Assembly: GCA_963796455.1 (NCBI GenBank)
Contig: CAWCLO010000007.1
Location: forward strand, 128,001 to 192,000
Length of the DNA: 64,000 nt
Origin: Candidatus Sulfomarinibacteraceae bacterium
GTDB taxonomy: Bacteria; Acidobacteriota; Thermoanaerobaculia; Thermoanaerobaculales; Sulfomarinibacteraceae
Direction: 5' to 3'
Shown here piece by piece: positions 31,601-42,522 of the stretch (position 1 is the first letter of the stretch; every line of letters begins with the position of its first letter). The position numbers and the translations under genes were made by a program. The notes under the pieces were generated by a model that had not been told where the DNA came from, did no database searches, and saw nothing but the letters and a program-made list of their open reading frames with translations.

Positions 31601-34600
31601 ATGAAGATCGTAGATATCGCGATTCGTCGACCGGTCACGATCTTCATATTCTCGGTGGCGGCTGTGGTTTTTGGCGTCGTCGCCTTCAAGAATCTCGCCG
31701 TCAACCTCCTCCCGGACATCACCTATCCATCGCTCACCGTCCGAACCACCTACGAAGGCACCGCTCCGGTGGAGATCGAGAGCCTGCTCACGCGACCGGT
31801 GGAGAACGCCGTCGGCGTGGTCAACAACGTGGTCCGCGTGACCTCTTCATCGAGGGCCGATGTCTCTGAAGTGACCCTCGAGTTCGCGTGGGACACCAAT
31901 ATGGATTTCGCCGCCCTCGATGTCCGCGATCGTCTCGATCGCGTCCGTTTGCCGATCGATGCCGAACTTCCGGTGCTGCTGCGCTACGACCCCTCCCTGG
32001 ACCCCATCATGCGTGTCGGGCTCTCCGGATCGAACGAACTGACCAGGCTTCGATTCCTCGCCGAAGAAGACCTCAAACGGGCGATCGAACGCATCGAGGG
32101 GGTGGCCGCGGTCGTGGTCTCCGGGGGCCTCGAAGAAGAGATCCAGGTCGAACTCGATGAGCGCAAGATGGCCGCCCTGGGTCTCTCGGTGGGGCAGGTG
32201 GCGAGTCGACTGGCGGCTGAAAACGTCAATATCACCGGCGGCAGCCTGCGCGACGGCCACACCGAATACCTGGTCCGCACAATCAACGAGTTTGTCCGGG
32301 CAGCGGACATGCAGAACATCGTCGTTCATCGCAACGGCGATGCCATTGTCAGACTGTCGGATGTCGCACGGGTCTTTACGGGCCACAAAGAGCGCGAGAT
32401 CATCACCCGGATCGATGGCGCCGAGTCGGTCGAATTGGCGATCTACAAGGAGGGCGGGACCAACACCGTCACTGTGTCCGACGCGGTTTCTCAGCGTCTC
32501 GAGGGTCTCCGGACCGAGCTCGGACGAATCGACCCCAATCTTCACGTGGATGTGATCACCGATCAGGCCCGGTACATTCGCCAGGCGGTCCGCGAGGTTC
32601 TTGAAACCGCACTTTACGGCGGTCTGCTGTCGGTGCTGGTTCTGTACTTCTTTCTCCGCTCGGTCAAAAAAACTCTGATCATCAGCATCTCGATCCCTGT
32701 CTCGGTTGTCGCCACCTTTTTCCTCATGTATGTGGCCGACATCTCACTCAACATCATGTCCCTGGGAGGCCTGACCCTCGGGGTCGGTTTGCTTGTCGAC
32801 AATGCAATCGTCGTCCTCGAATCGGTGCAGCGAAAACGAGACGAGGGTCTTGGTGAGGTCGAAGCGGCCCGGGCCGGCACCTCCGAGGTGGGCAGGGCGA
32901 TCACCGCATCGACCCTGACAACGATCTGCGTCTTCGTGCCGATCGTCTTCGTCGAGGGAGTGGCCGCGCAGCTCTTCCGCGACCAGGCTCTGACCGTCGC
33001 CTTTTCTCTCGTCGTCTCGCTCATCGTTGCGTTGACCCTGATCCCCATGCTGGCGTCGCGGGAATTCCATCCCACCGAGCCTGCGAGCAATGAGGAGCGG
33101 AAGAAAAACCCTGCTCCTCTGCGCTGGCTGGGATCCGCTGTTTTTGCGCTGACCACCACGATTCTGGGACTTATCCTCGGCGTTGCACACGTCGTCGGTC
33201 GTGTGTTTTCGGCGGTCGCTCGACCCTTCCTCAATCTGTTTGACCGCGGATTAAAGGCCGTTGCAACGGCCTACTCCGGAGCTATCGATCGCGTCCTGAA
33301 GCGGCCCCTGGTCGTTCTGACAGTGACCATCGCCCTCTTGATTCTGAGCCTGGGGCTTTTCCGTACCCTCGGTTCGGAACTCATCCCCGAACTCGTCCAG
33401 GGTGAGTTCTATGCCGACCTCGAGCTCCCACCCGGAACCCGCCTCGAGGTCACCGACCGGCGACTGGTGGAGTTGACCAAAGTCGCCCGCGAGATCGAAG
33501 ACGCCCGCATGGTCTACACCATCGCCGGCACCTCCAACGAACAGGGGGGAACAGCCGGCGAACTGCGCGAATACCTGGGCCAGATGACCATCACTCTCGA
33601 CCCGCCGGTTTCACGGGAGTCCGAAGATGCGGCCATGGAGCGCGTCCGTGAAGCCATCGATGCCGACAACATCATGCTCGGCGGCCCGAGAGAGACCTCA
33701 TCCGGCGCCGAACGTCCACCGATCATGGCCCGCTTCGGCCGGCCCTCGTACTTCAGCTTCAAAACCGCGATCGAGATCGAGATCCGCGGATTCAACCTCG
33801 AGCTCATCAAACGGATCGCCGATGACGTGGTGAGCAGGATGCACAATATCGAAGGCCTGGCCGACATCAATTCTTCCACCGAGGGCGGCCACCCCGAGCT
33901 CCAGATCCACCTTAACCGCGATCGTTTGGCGGCCTACGATCTCGGAGTCTCCGATGTCGCCGCGGTGCTCCGTTCAATGGTTCAGGGCGATATCGCCACC
34001 GATATCTCGCGATCGGATCGAACGATCGACATTCGGATTCGGGCTGCCGAAGAGTTCCGGGCCTCGGGCGAGGCCCTCGAGAACCTGACGGTGACCCACG
34101 TCGGCACCACGACGATTCCCCTTTCAGCAGTGGCGGAAGTCGTCGAACTCGAAGGACCAGCTGAAATCCGGCGCGCCGACGGGACACGAATCGCACGCAT
34201 CACCGCCAATCTCGCCGGCCGCGACCTGGGTTCGGCGACAACCGAAATCAGAACCATGCTCGAGGGCATGAGCTGGCCCTCAGGATACGACTGGCGTCTC
34301 GGCGGCCAGGAGGAAGAAATGGCCACCTCCTTCAGCTCGATGCGACTTGCTTTCGGCCTCGCCGTCTTCATGGTCTACCTGGTCATGGCGTCGCAATTCG
34401 AGAGCCTGCTGCACCCGTTTGTCATTCTCTTCTCGGTTCCTTTCGCAGCAATCGGAGTTTTGATCACCATGTGGCTCTTCGGTGTCACAGTCAGCGTCGT
34501 GTCCTTGATCGGCACGATCCTGTTGGCCGGAATCGTCGTCAATGCGGCGATCGTTCTTGTCGACTACGCCAACCAACTTCGAAAACAGGGCATGCCCAAG

Positions 34601-34822
34601 TTGGAAGCCCTTGCCGCGGCCGGCAGAATTCGCCTTCGTCCCATCCTGATGACCACCGCGACGACCGTCTGCGGTTTGTTGCCCATGGCCATCGGCATCG
34701 GCGAGGGCGCCGAATTGAGGACGCCGATGGCATTGACGGTCATTGGCGGGCTGCTGACCTCCACCCTGCTGACGCTGTTGGTCGTGCCTGCGGTGTATGC
34801 GTTGCTGGATCGTCGGAGCTAG
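31601..34822 (+). CDS. RND efflux permease 2
   Basis: 'GLLVDNAIVVLE', 'GIVVNAAIVLVD', 'RLRPILMT'. Confidence 0.93.
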   Translation: MKIVDIAIRRPVTIFIFSVAAVVFGVVAFKNLAVNLLPDITYPSLTVRTTYEGTAPVEIESLLTRPVENAVGVVNNVVRVTSSSRADVSEVTLEFAWDTNMDFAALDVRDRLDRVRLPIDAELPVLLRYDPSLDPIMRVGLSGSNELTRLRFLAEEDLKRAIERIEGVAAVVVSGGLEEEIQVELDERKMAALGLSVGQVASRLAAENVNITGGSLRDGHTEYLVRTINEFVRAADMQNIVVHRNGDAIVRLSDVARVFTGHKEREIITRIDGAESVELAIYKEGGTNTVTVSDAVSQRLEGLRTELGRIDPNLHVDVITDQARYIRQAVREVLETALYGGLLSVLVLYFFLRSVKKTLIISISIPVSVVATFFLMYVADISLNIMSLGGLTLGVGLLVDNAIVVLESVQRKRDEGLGEVEAARAGTSEVGRAITASTLTTICVFVPIVFVEGVAAQLFRDQALTVAFSLVVSLIVALTLIPMLASREFHPTEPASNEERKKNPAPLRWLGSAVFALTTTILGLILGVAHVVGRVFSAVARPFLNLFDRGLKAVATAYSGAIDRVLKRPLVVLTVTIALLILSLGLFRTLGSELIPELVQGEFYADLELPPGTRLEVTDRRLVELTKVAREIEDARMVYTIAGTSNEQGGTAGELREYLGQMTITLDPPVSRESEDAAMERVREAIDADNIMLGGPRETSSGAERPPIMARFGRPSYFSFKTAIEIEIRGFNLELIKRIADDVVSRMHNIEGLADINSSTEGGHPELQIHLNRDRLAAYDLGVSDVAAVLRSMVQGDIATDISRSDRTIDIRIRAAEEFRASGEALENLTVTHVGTTTIPLSAVAEVVELEGPAEIRRADGTRIARITANLAGRDLGSATTEIRTMLEGMSWPSGYDWRLGGQEEEMATSFSSMRLAFGLAVFMVYLVMASQFESLLHPFVILFSVPFAAIGVLITMWLFGVTVSVVSLIGTILLAGIVVNAAIVLVDYANQLRKQGMPKLEALAAAGRIRLRPILMTTATTVCGLLPMAIGIGEGAELRTPMALTVIGGLLTSTLLTLLVVPAVYALLDRRS

Positions 34823-34906
34823 CGCGAATTCTGAGTTCTGAGTTCGGAGTTCGTAGTTCGGAATTCCGGCCCGGTTCTCTACATTCTGCTCATTTGTACT
34901 CGCAAC

Positions 34907-35162
34907 TCTCTTGTCCAGGCCAGAGTCCTGGAAAGCAAACAGGAACAGCGAACAGCACTCACCTCTTTGGGGCTCCGGCCTCAGTGGTGCTGCCGTCTCG
35001 GCCGCACGATGTGCAGGCGAGACGCCTGCACCACCACGACTGTTCCTTCTGTTAAAAGACCTGGAGCAAATCACATCTCCAATTGGACTCCTGATCGCTG
35101 CCGCTGACCTCTGTCGCCGTCGCTGTTCCCTGCCGCTGCTGCTGTTATTTGGACGCGGACTC
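34907..35162 (-). mobile_element. Degenerate remnant of the CACT-TIR element
   Basis: 'ctcttgtccaggccag' resembles End B. 'tggactcctgatcgctgccgctga' at ~35084 is identical to ~11103 in copy 2. Confidence 0.55.
34984..35034. repeat. REP-like palindrome
   Basis: gtggtgctgccgtctcggccgcac-gat-gtgcaggcgagacgcctgcaccac, an imperfect inverted doublet. Confidence 0.65.
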
Positions 35163-35318
35163 AGTGCAACCACGAAGGCACAAAAAACAGAGAGCGATGT
35201 TTGATCTGTGCTCATCTGCGTTATCTGCGGTTTTTCCGTCTCACGCCCGCGGACCCCCTCCACCCCGCCCACCGCCCCTCAGCTCCTCTGCCCCCCGCCA
35301 GATACGGACGCGGGGCGG

Positions 35319-35347
35319 TTGACCCGTCAAATTGCATGTGGTATACG
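35319..35347 (+). promoter_or_regulatory. Putative sigma70 promoter of the argRGH operon
   Basis: TTGACC-17 nt-TATACG with an extended -10 TG. Confidence 0.5.
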
Positions 35348-35368
35348 CATATGCGCATAGTGAAACCA

Positions 35369-35839
35369 ATGCCCCGCGATCGATCCACCACCCGCCGTCT
35401 GCTCATCCGCCGATTCCTGTCGGAGCAGGAAATCTCCAGCCAGGGAGCGCTTGCCGATCTTCTCGAGCAATCGGGGCATCAGGTCACCCAGTCGACAATC
35501 TCTCGCGACCTCGCCGACCTCGGCGCCACAAAAACCGATGAAGGCACCGAACACGAAAGATACGTGCTCAGAAGCGAAGCTCTCCCTGTAGATGAGCACA
35601 CGAGTCGTCTGCGCCGCGCTCTCGAGGATTATCTGCTCGGTGCGATCCCATCAGGAAACATGTTGGTACTGAAGGTGCGGGCCGCAACCGCCGGAGCTGT
35701 GGCGGCGGCGGTCGATGCGATACCACTCGACGGGGTGATTGGAACAATAGCCGGCGACGACACGGTGCTTTTGATAGCCGACAGCCCTCGCGGTGGCAGT
35801 GTCGTCGCCGAAAAGATCATGGAAATATTGGAGGCATGA
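35369..35839 (+). CDS. argR: Arginine repressor
   Basis: 'SQ..L...L', '[10 protein letters not shown]' and 'GTIAGDDT'. Start could also be 35351 or 35360. Confidence 0.93.
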   Translation: MPRDRSTTRRLLIRRFLSEQEISSQGALADLLEQSGHQVTQSTISRDLADLGATKTDEGTEHERYVLRSEALPVDEHTSRLRRALEDYLLGAIPSGNMLVLKVRAATAGAVAAAVDAIPLDGVIGTIAGDDTVLLIADSPRGGSVVAEKIMEILEA

Positions 35840-35840
35840 A

Positions 35841-37046
35841 GTGAAGGTCGTACTCGCCTATTCCGGAGGTCTGGATACCTCGATCATTCTGCACTGGATC
35901 AAACAAAACTATGACGCCGAGGTCATCGCCTACACCGGCGACGTGGGACAGATCGATGAAGACATGGAGGAGATCAAAGCCGCGGCCTTCAAGACCGGGG
36001 CGTCGCACGCGGTCGTCGATGACCTCCGTGAAGCCCTCGTCTCGGAGTGCGTTTTTCCCGCCCTTCGGGCAAATGCCATCTACGAGGGATACTATCTGCT
36101 GGGAACAGCCCTGGCGCGACCGGTGATCGCCCGCGGACTGGTCGAGACCGCCGCAGAATACGGCGCAGATGCCATCGCCCACGGCGCCACCGGCAAGGGC
36201 AATGATCAAGTTCGCTTCGAGCTCTCGGCCTACGCCTTGCAACCCGAGATCAAGATCATCTCGCCGTGGCGGGAGTGGGACATGAAGGGCCGTTCCGATC
36301 TCCTGGCCTATGCCGAGAAACACGGGGTGCCGATCCCGGCGGCCCCGAAACCCGCTTATTCCATGGACGCCAATCTGATGCACGTGTCATACGAAGGCGG
36401 GGTCCTCGAGGACCCGTGGGCCAGCCCACCCGAGGGAATGTTCCGCATGACCACCGACCCCGGTGATGCTCCGGACACCCCCGAAATCATCACCATTCGT
36501 TTCGACCGCGGCGTTCCTACCCACGTCAATGGCGAGATCATGGGTCCCGTGACTTTGCTCGAGACCCTGAATTCGATCGGCGGCCGGCACGGTGTCGGTC
36601 GGATCGACATCGTCGAAAACCGTTTTCTCGGAATGAAGAGCCGGGGCGTCTACGAAACTCCGGGCGGCACGATCCTCCACCACGCCCACCGCGCAGTCGA
36701 ATCGATCACCCTCGATCGTGAAGTGCAGCACCTCCGCGACGAACTGGTCCCGAGGTACGCTGAAATGGTGTACAACGGTCTCTGGTTCAGCCCTGAACGC
36801 GAAGCCCTGCAGAGCTTTATGGACACGGTGCAGGTCCGGGTGAACGGCGAGGCCCGGCTCAAGCTCTACAAAGGGAACATCATCATCGAAGGTCGCAAAT
36901 CGGATACCCACACCCTTTACGACGAGGCGGTGGCCACATTCGAGGCCGACGATGTCTACGACCAGGCGGACGCCGCCGGATTCATCCGGCTCAATGCGCT
37001 GCGGCTGCGCACTCTGGGCGGCAAGAGGATTTCGGAGGGCGAATGA
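35841..37046 (+). CDS. argG: Argininosuccinate synthase
   Basis: '[12 protein letters not shown]', '[14 protein letters not shown]', '[10 protein letters not shown]'. Confidence 0.97.
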   Translation: MKVVLAYSGGLDTSIILHWIKQNYDAEVIAYTGDVGQIDEDMEEIKAAAFKTGASHAVVDDLREALVSECVFPALRANAIYEGYYLLGTALARPVIARGLVETAAEYGADAIAHGATGKGNDQVRFELSAYALQPEIKIISPWREWDMKGRSDLLAYAEKHGVPIPAAPKPAYSMDANLMHVSYEGGVLEDPWASPPEGMFRMTTDPGDAPDTPEIITIRFDRGVPTHVNGEIMGPVTLLETLNSIGGRHGVGRIDIVENRFLGMKSRGVYETPGGTILHHAHRAVESITLDREVQHLRDELVPRYAEMVYNGLWFSPEREALQSFMDTVQVRVNGEARLKLYKGNIIIEGRKSDTHTLYDEAVATFEADDVYDQADAAGFIRLNALRLRTLGGKRISEGE

Positions 37047-38440
37047 GCTTGCTACGAACTCTATTTGAAGGTGATGTCGACCTCTTGTTCGAACACTACG
37101 CATCGTCTCTGGAACAGGATATGTGGATCGCCGAACACGATCTCGATGGATCCATCGCCCATGTGACCATGCTCGGGGAGGTCGGCGTCCTCGACGCCGA
37201 TACGGCGGCCAGGCTCGGCGAAGGCCTGCGGCAGATTCGCAATGAATTGCTGGCCGGCGAATGGGCCCCGGACGCTTCGCAAGAGGACATTCACATGGCC
37301 GTCGAAGCACGATTGACCGAAATCGTTGGCGAAGCCGGCGGCATGCTTCACACCGCCCGGTCGCGCAATGACCAGGTCGCCACAGATGTTCGCCTGTGGC
37401 TCAAGGACCACCTCACAATTCTTGCCGATGCCGTCCGCGAGCTGATCCTGGTCCTGGTGGATCGCACCGAAAAGGACGGTCAAACCCTGATTCCGGGCTA
37501 CACCCACCTCCAGCGCGGCCAGCCGATCCTCCTCGGTCATCATGTACTCGCCCATGCCTGGGCACTGAGCCGGGACCGCGATCGCCTGCTCGATGCCGTC
37601 GCCAGAATCGATCACAATCCACTTGGAGCTGGAGCCATGGCCGGGTCTCCCTACCCGGTCGATCGTCACCGTACCGCCAAGTTGCTGGGTTTTCACGGGG
37701 TTATCGAAAACGCGATGGACGCGGTCGCGGCAAAGGACCACCTCCAGGAAGCGGTTTCCGCCTGTGCCATTTGTATGTCTCAGGTGTCGCGGATGGCCGA
37801 AGAACTCGTTCTGTGGTCGAGCTCGGAGTTCGCCCTCGTGCGTTTGTCCGACAGCCACACCACGAGCTCCAGCATCATGCCTCAGAAACGTAACCCCGAC
37901 GGGGCCGAGTTGATTCGCGGCCAGGTGGGAACGGTTTTTGGCCATCTGCAGGCGCTTCTGGTCCTCACCAAGGCCCTGCCGCTCTCGTACAACCGGGATT
38001 TGCAACAGGAGAGGCGACCATTGGTCGAATCGGTCATCCAGACCACGGCTTCGGTCCGGTTGATGGCGGCCATGTGGCGCGAGCTCGATGTCTTGACCGA
38101 CCGCTTCGAACGGGAGCTTTATGGTGATTTCTGTCTCGCCACCGAACTCGCCGATGCTCTGGTGGCCCAGGGAGTTCCGTTTCGCGAGGCCCACCACGCA
38201 GTCGGGCAGGCGGTCAGATGGTGCGAGGAACAGGGCGGAAACCTGACTTTGTTGGACGGTGGGACGGCAGCTCGGTTCCATCCGGGATTCCCGAATCGCC
38301 TCGACGAATGGCTCGATCCCCGGCGGGCGGTCGAACGGCGCACCTCCCACGGCGGAACCGCACCCGAAGAAGTCGAACGACAGGTGGCGTTGCTCCGCCA
38401 ACGCCTGGGGACCCGGGGCGATAACGAATCTCCCGGATGA
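37043..38440 (+). CDS. argH: Argininosuccinate lyase
   Basis: 'EDIH', 'HTARSRNDQ', 'PGYTHLQ', '[11 protein letters not shown]'. Confidence 0.96.
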   Translation: MSLLRTLFEGDVDLLFEHYASSLEQDMWIAEHDLDGSIAHVTMLGEVGVLDADTAARLGEGLRQIRNELLAGEWAPDASQEDIHMAVEARLTEIVGEAGGMLHTARSRNDQVATDVRLWLKDHLTILADAVRELILVLVDRTEKDGQTLIPGYTHLQRGQPILLGHHVLAHAWALSRDRDRLLDAVARIDHNPLGAGAMAGSPYPVDRHRTAKLLGFHGVIENAMDAVAAKDHLQEAVSACAICMSQVSRMAEELVLWSSSEFALVRLSDSHTTSSSIMPQKRNPDGAELIRGQVGTVFGHLQALLVLTKALPLSYNRDLQQERRPLVESVIQTTASVRLMAAMWRELDVLTDRFERELYGDFCLATELADALVAQGVPFREAHHAVGQAVRWCEEQGGNLTLLDGGTAARFHPGFPNRLDEWLDPRRAVERRTSHGGTAPEEVERQVALLRQRLGTRGDNESPG

Positions 38441-40791
38441 CGGTCTTCTCAGACCACACGGAAGCAAAAGAACAAGAGTCTCAGAAAGAGAACTTCCGGA
38501 GCGACGATCCGTACTTCTCCCGATTGGACGACCGAAGGGCTCCGGGGGATCACCAATTGTTCAGACAATCCAACTTCAGCGTCTTCGCCACGCTCCTCTG
38601 TCTCGTCTTCCCGGCCTTTGCTCAGGAATCCACCAAACCCACCCCCGAGGCCATGGCACGACAGATTCCTCGGACTGACTCGTCGATCCAAATCGACGGG
38701 CGCCTGGACGAGCCTGCCTGGGAAAACGCGTGGTCGATGACCCTCGACTACGAGGTAAGCCCGGGAGAGAACACGCCGGCACTCGCTCAGACCGAAGTCT
38801 TCGTGATGTTCGACTCGAATCGACTCTACGTCGGTTTCAAGGCCCACGACCCCGACCCTTCCGCCATCCGGGCACACCTGACCGATCGCGACCAGGCTTG
38901 GTCCGATGACTGGGTCGGAGTTGTCCTCGACACCTTTAACGACGAGCGGCGCGACTATCTTTTCGTCGTCAATCCGCTCGGAGTCCAGATGGACGTCATC
39001 GAGGTCGAAGATTCCCACGGCACACCATGGGACGGTATCTGGAAGTCTGCCGCCACCATCACCGAGTGGGGATGGTCGACGGAATTCGAGATTCCGTTTT
39101 CGACCCTTCGCTTCCAGCGCAGCGAGGATTCACAGATCTGGGGATTCGACGCGATCAGACAGTACCCCAGAAATGTCACCCACCAAATGGGCACGTTTCC
39201 TCGCGACCGCAGCAACAACTGCTATCTGTGCCAGGCGATAAAAATCGAGGGCTTCGCGGGAGTCTCACCAGGCCGGAATGTGGAAATCGTTCCAACCCTC
39301 ACCGCCGGCAGGACAGACATTCGCGACGATTTTCCTGACGGCCCTCTCGAGACTGGAGACTCCGATTTCGAGCTCGGGGTCACCGGACGCTGGGGCTTCA
39401 CCCCGAATCTCACCCTGAGCGTCGCGATCAACCCCGATTTTTCGCAGGTCGAGGCCGATGCCAGACAGCTCCGTGTCAACCGGCCCTTTGCCATCTTTTT
39501 TCCAGAACTACGGCCGTTCTTCATGGAGGGCGCCGACTATTTCGACACCCTGGAGGATGTTGTCTACACGCGAGTGATGCGCGACCCTGCGTGGGGTCTC
39601 AAGCTGACCGGCAAGGAGGGGCCGCACACCATCGGCGCCTACGTGGTCGAAGATCAGATCACCAACCTCATCATCCCCGGCAGTCAGAACTCGGACTACG
39701 CCTCGCTCGATCGCAACAACCGGGCGACGGTCCTGCGCTACAAATACGACATCGGAAACAAAATCACCCTCGGTGGTTTGTTCACCAACCGGGACGGCGA
39801 CGACTATCTCAACCGTGTTGCCGCTCTCGACGGAGACTTCCGCATCACTCCCAGAGACAGGGTTCTCGTCCAGATCCTCGGATCGACCACCGACTACCCG
39901 GAGGAGGTCGTCGAGGATTTCGACCAGCCTGAAGGGAGTTTCAGCGATTGGGCCGGGACCGTCTATTATTCCCACCAGACCCGGACCTGGGGTTGGTGGG
40001 CGGTCTACTCAGACTTTGGCACCGGTTTCCGTGCCGATCTGGGATTCATTCCCCAGGTCGACTACAAACACCGGGAGGCCGGTCTGAGCTACCAGTGGAA
40101 CGCCACCGAAACCAGCTGGTACTCCCGCCTCGACATCAAGGCCAAGGTCGCCGACACCGTCGATCAGCGCGGCTTTCTGCTCTTTCACGAAGACGTCGTC
40201 CAATTCACTGTCGAAGGGCCGCTGCAATCACACTCGGTCATCCGACCGAGCGTCGTTCGCGAGGGCTACAACGGAGAACAATTCGACTTCAACCGCCTCC
40301 GGCTCCACCTTTGCGGAAACCCCAACGGCCACAGCCACGCCTACTTCAATCTTCATTTCGGCGGCCAGGTCGACTATGCCAACACCCGGCCGGGCGATTT
40401 CGTCAATCTCGACGCCGGTATCTCCTATCGCCTCGGACGCCACTTCTTTATCGAACCGAAATACACTCGCGAGCGGATGGAGGTGGACGAGGGTTGGCTC
40501 TACACCTCCACCATCGGCCAGATCCAGACCTCGTGGCAATTCAACGCACGGTGCTTTGTGCGACTCATCCTGCAGCACGTCGACAATCGCTTCAACACCG
40601 ATCTCTACACCGACGACCGGCGTCCGAAATCCGAAGATCTGTTCGGCCAGTTCCTCTTCTCCTACAAGGTCAACCCACGCACCGTCCTGTTTGTCGGATA
40701 CTCAGAAAATTCCGTCGGAACCGATGAGTACGCTCTGACGACGAAAGATCGCACCGTCTTTGCCAAGATAGGTTATGCGTGGGTGTTCTAA
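38437..40791 (+). CDS. CBM9-like domain + DUF5916-type outer-membrane protein
   Basis: 'IDGRLDEPAW', 'NPDFSQVEAD', 'FPELRPFFMEG' and a C-terminal Phe. Start uncertain. Confidence 0.75.
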   Translation: MTVFSDHTEAKEQESQKENFRSDDPYFSRLDDRRAPGDHQLFRQSNFSVFATLLCLVFPAFAQESTKPTPEAMARQIPRTDSSIQIDGRLDEPAWENAWSMTLDYEVSPGENTPALAQTEVFVMFDSNRLYVGFKAHDPDPSAIRAHLTDRDQAWSDDWVGVVLDTFNDERRDYLFVVNPLGVQMDVIEVEDSHGTPWDGIWKSAATITEWGWSTEFEIPFSTLRFQRSEDSQIWGFDAIRQYPRNVTHQMGTFPRDRSNNCYLCQAIKIEGFAGVSPGRNVEIVPTLTAGRTDIRDDFPDGPLETGDSDFELGVTGRWGFTPNLTLSVAINPDFSQVEADARQLRVNRPFAIFFPELRPFFMEGADYFDTLEDVVYTRVMRDPAWGLKLTGKEGPHTIGAYVVEDQITNLIIPGSQNSDYASLDRNNRATVLRYKYDIGNKITLGGLFTNRDGDDYLNRVAALDGDFRITPRDRVLVQILGSTTDYPEEVVEDFDQPEGSFSDWAGTVYYSHQTRTWGWWAVYSDFGTGFRADLGFIPQVDYKHREAGLSYQWNATETSWYSRLDIKAKVADTVDQRGFLLFHEDVVQFTVEGPLQSHSVIRPSVVREGYNGEQFDFNRLRLHLCGNPNGHSHAYFNLHFGGQVDYANTRPGDFVNLDAGISYRLGRHFFIEPKYTRERMEVDEGWLYTSTIGQIQTSWQFNARCFVRLILQHVDNRFNTDLYTDDRRPKSEDLFGQFLFSYKVNPRTVLFVGYSENSVGTDEYALTTKDRTVFAKIGYAWVF

Positions 40792-40851
40792 AGACCTCGA
40801 GGACCTGCGGGCCTGCCGGTCGCGTCGACCCTCGATCCCTCCCCAGGTCAT

Positions 40852-41313
40852 CTAATCATCGAATTTCGACCACGAAATGCGGGGCTGATCGGTGAAGCGG
40901 ATGGTGTTCTCCTCAGAATCGAGCAGAACATCCCGAATATGCCGGGTACCTGCCATGTCTTTGTAGTACACCGTGTGTTGGTTCAAATCACCGACCCGTT
41001 CGACGTCGCTTCCGATGACGTTGTTCTTCACGCTGTCGGTTCCGCCGGTTCCAAAGACGACGAAATTTCGCCGGAATTCGACATAAAATTCGGATTTTTC
41101 GGGGTCGTTACAGGTCCACAGGCCCACTAATTGGGGATGAATCTCCGCCAACTGAGGTTTTTCGTGCAGGACGAGGCGTCCGACAAACACCGCGATCAGG
41201 GCCGCCAGTGCAAGCGCTACCAGGATCCTCGGAGTGGTCAGAAATCCTTCAGATTCCTCTTTTTCCGGTTCGTCGAATTCGTCGAACTCATCCCAGTCGT
41301 CTCCGAACTGCAT
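40852..41313 (-). CDS. Hypothetical membrane-anchored protein
   Basis: Acidic N-terminus, one TM helix and a soluble beta domain. Co-oriented with hbd. Confidence 0.6.
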   Translation of the reverse strand: MQFGDDWDEFDEFDEPEKEESEGFLTTPRILVALALAALIAVFVGRLVLHEKPQLAEIHPQLVGLWTCNDPEKSEFYVEFRRNFVVFGTGGTDSVKNNVIGSDVERVGDLNQHTVYYKDMAGTRHIRDVLLDSEENTIRFTDQPRISWSKFDD

Positions 41314-41363
41314 GATTCCCGCCCTTCGAAAGACCCTGCCGACCGAGATCCAGCAGCATCCCC

Positions 41364-42287
41364 CTACTTAATACGATACCGCGCCACGTCTGGATTGACG
41401 CCCGCCGCCTTGTATTTCTCCCACGAATAAAAACCTGATCCCGTCTTGGCACCCAACTGTCCCGACTCGACGAGGCGCTTGAGCAGGGGGCTCGGCTTGT
41501 AGAAACTCCCGAGTTCTTCCTCGATGACTTCGCAGATAAACAGCATTGTATCGAGACCGACATAATCCGCGGTCATCAAAGGCCCCATCTTGTGCCCCAA
41601 GCAATAGGTGCACTTGTCGACATCGTCGACGCTGGCGATCCCCTCTTCAACCACTCGAATGGCCTCGTTGACGAAGGGGACAAACATGCGGTTAATGGCG
41701 AATCCCGCCTTGTCCTCGGCCGGAATCTCGATCTTGCCAAGATCGTGAACCAAGGCGACAACCGTGTTGTAGGTCCCATCAGAGGTCGCCAATCCGCGGA
41801 TGATTTCGACACCCTTCTGCATCGGCACGGGGTTCATGAAGTGCATACCCATGAATTTTTCGGGTTGACCGTAGGCCGCACCCAGACGGGTGATGCTGAT
41901 TCCCGAGGTATTGGACACCAGGATCTTGTCGTATCCATTGCCGGCGAGTTCCTGGTTGATCTTCTCCTTGAGTTCCGGCCGCTCGGGCACCGCTTCGATG
42001 ATCAGGTCACAGTCGAGAATACCCTCCACCGAAGCGGTCGTGCTGAGACGCCCCACCGCTTCCTGTTTTGCCTCGTCGGTGATCCCCTTTTCGCCACCGG
42101 ATTTTTCAAAGGCCTTGACGAGACGGTCGAGGCTTCGGTTGATCGCATCCATTCCGCGTTCGAGTACGTCGGCATTGACATCCATCACCACGGTTTCGAA
42201 GCCGCTCTGCGCAACCACTTGCGAGATGCCATTGCCCATGGTCCCGATCCCGATGACGCCGATCTTTTTGAGTCCGCTTTCCGACAT
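41364..42287 (-). CDS. hbd: 3-hydroxybutyryl-CoA (3-hydroxyacyl-CoA) dehydrogenase
   Basis: 'GIGTMGNGI', 'IEAVPE', 'SNTS', 'GMHFMNP', 'MGPL..AD.VGLD'. Confidence 0.88.
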   Translation of the reverse strand: MSESGLKKIGVIGIGTMGNGISQVVAQSGFETVVMDVNADVLERGMDAINRSLDRLVKAFEKSGGEKGITDEAKQEAVGRLSTTASVEGILDCDLIIEAVPERPELKEKINQELAGNGYDKILVSNTSGISITRLGAAYGQPEKFMGMHFMNPVPMQKGVEIIRGLATSDGTYNTVVALVHDLGKIEIPAEDKAGFAINRMFVPFVNEAIRVVEEGIASVDDVDKCTYCLGHKMGPLMTADYVGLDTMLFICEVIEEELGSFYKPSPLLKRLVESGQLGAKTGSGFYSWEKYKAAGVNPDVARYRIK

Positions 42288-42357
42288 TGATTCCTCCTTC
42301 AACAGATCCCCGATATTTTACGCCTTTCTGGCTGGGCGCGCAGGAATCGTATTCAGA

Positions 42358-42462
42358 GGCTCGATACTCGATACTCGATTCATCTACCACGCGAGCACGG
42401 TCCAGTGGAAAAACCTGCCTTTTCACCGAATCGAGTCTCGAGAATCGAGAATCGAGAATCCA
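42358..42462. repeat. Inverted heptamer bracket (TCGATAC)n ... (TCGAGAA)n
   Basis: ctcgatactcgatactcgatt ... aatcgagtctcgagaatcgagaatcgagaatc in a divergent promoter region. Confidence 0.72.
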
Positions 42463-42522
42463 GGATCTGGTTGACCTCACACCTTGCGACCGGTATACAC
42501 GTTTGGCCCCTGATGGGCCGGA

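Noticed and set aside
35330..35360. ARG box operator at the argR promoter
   Set aside because: Only a loose TGCAT/ATGCGCAT resemblance, too weak to call without a matrix.
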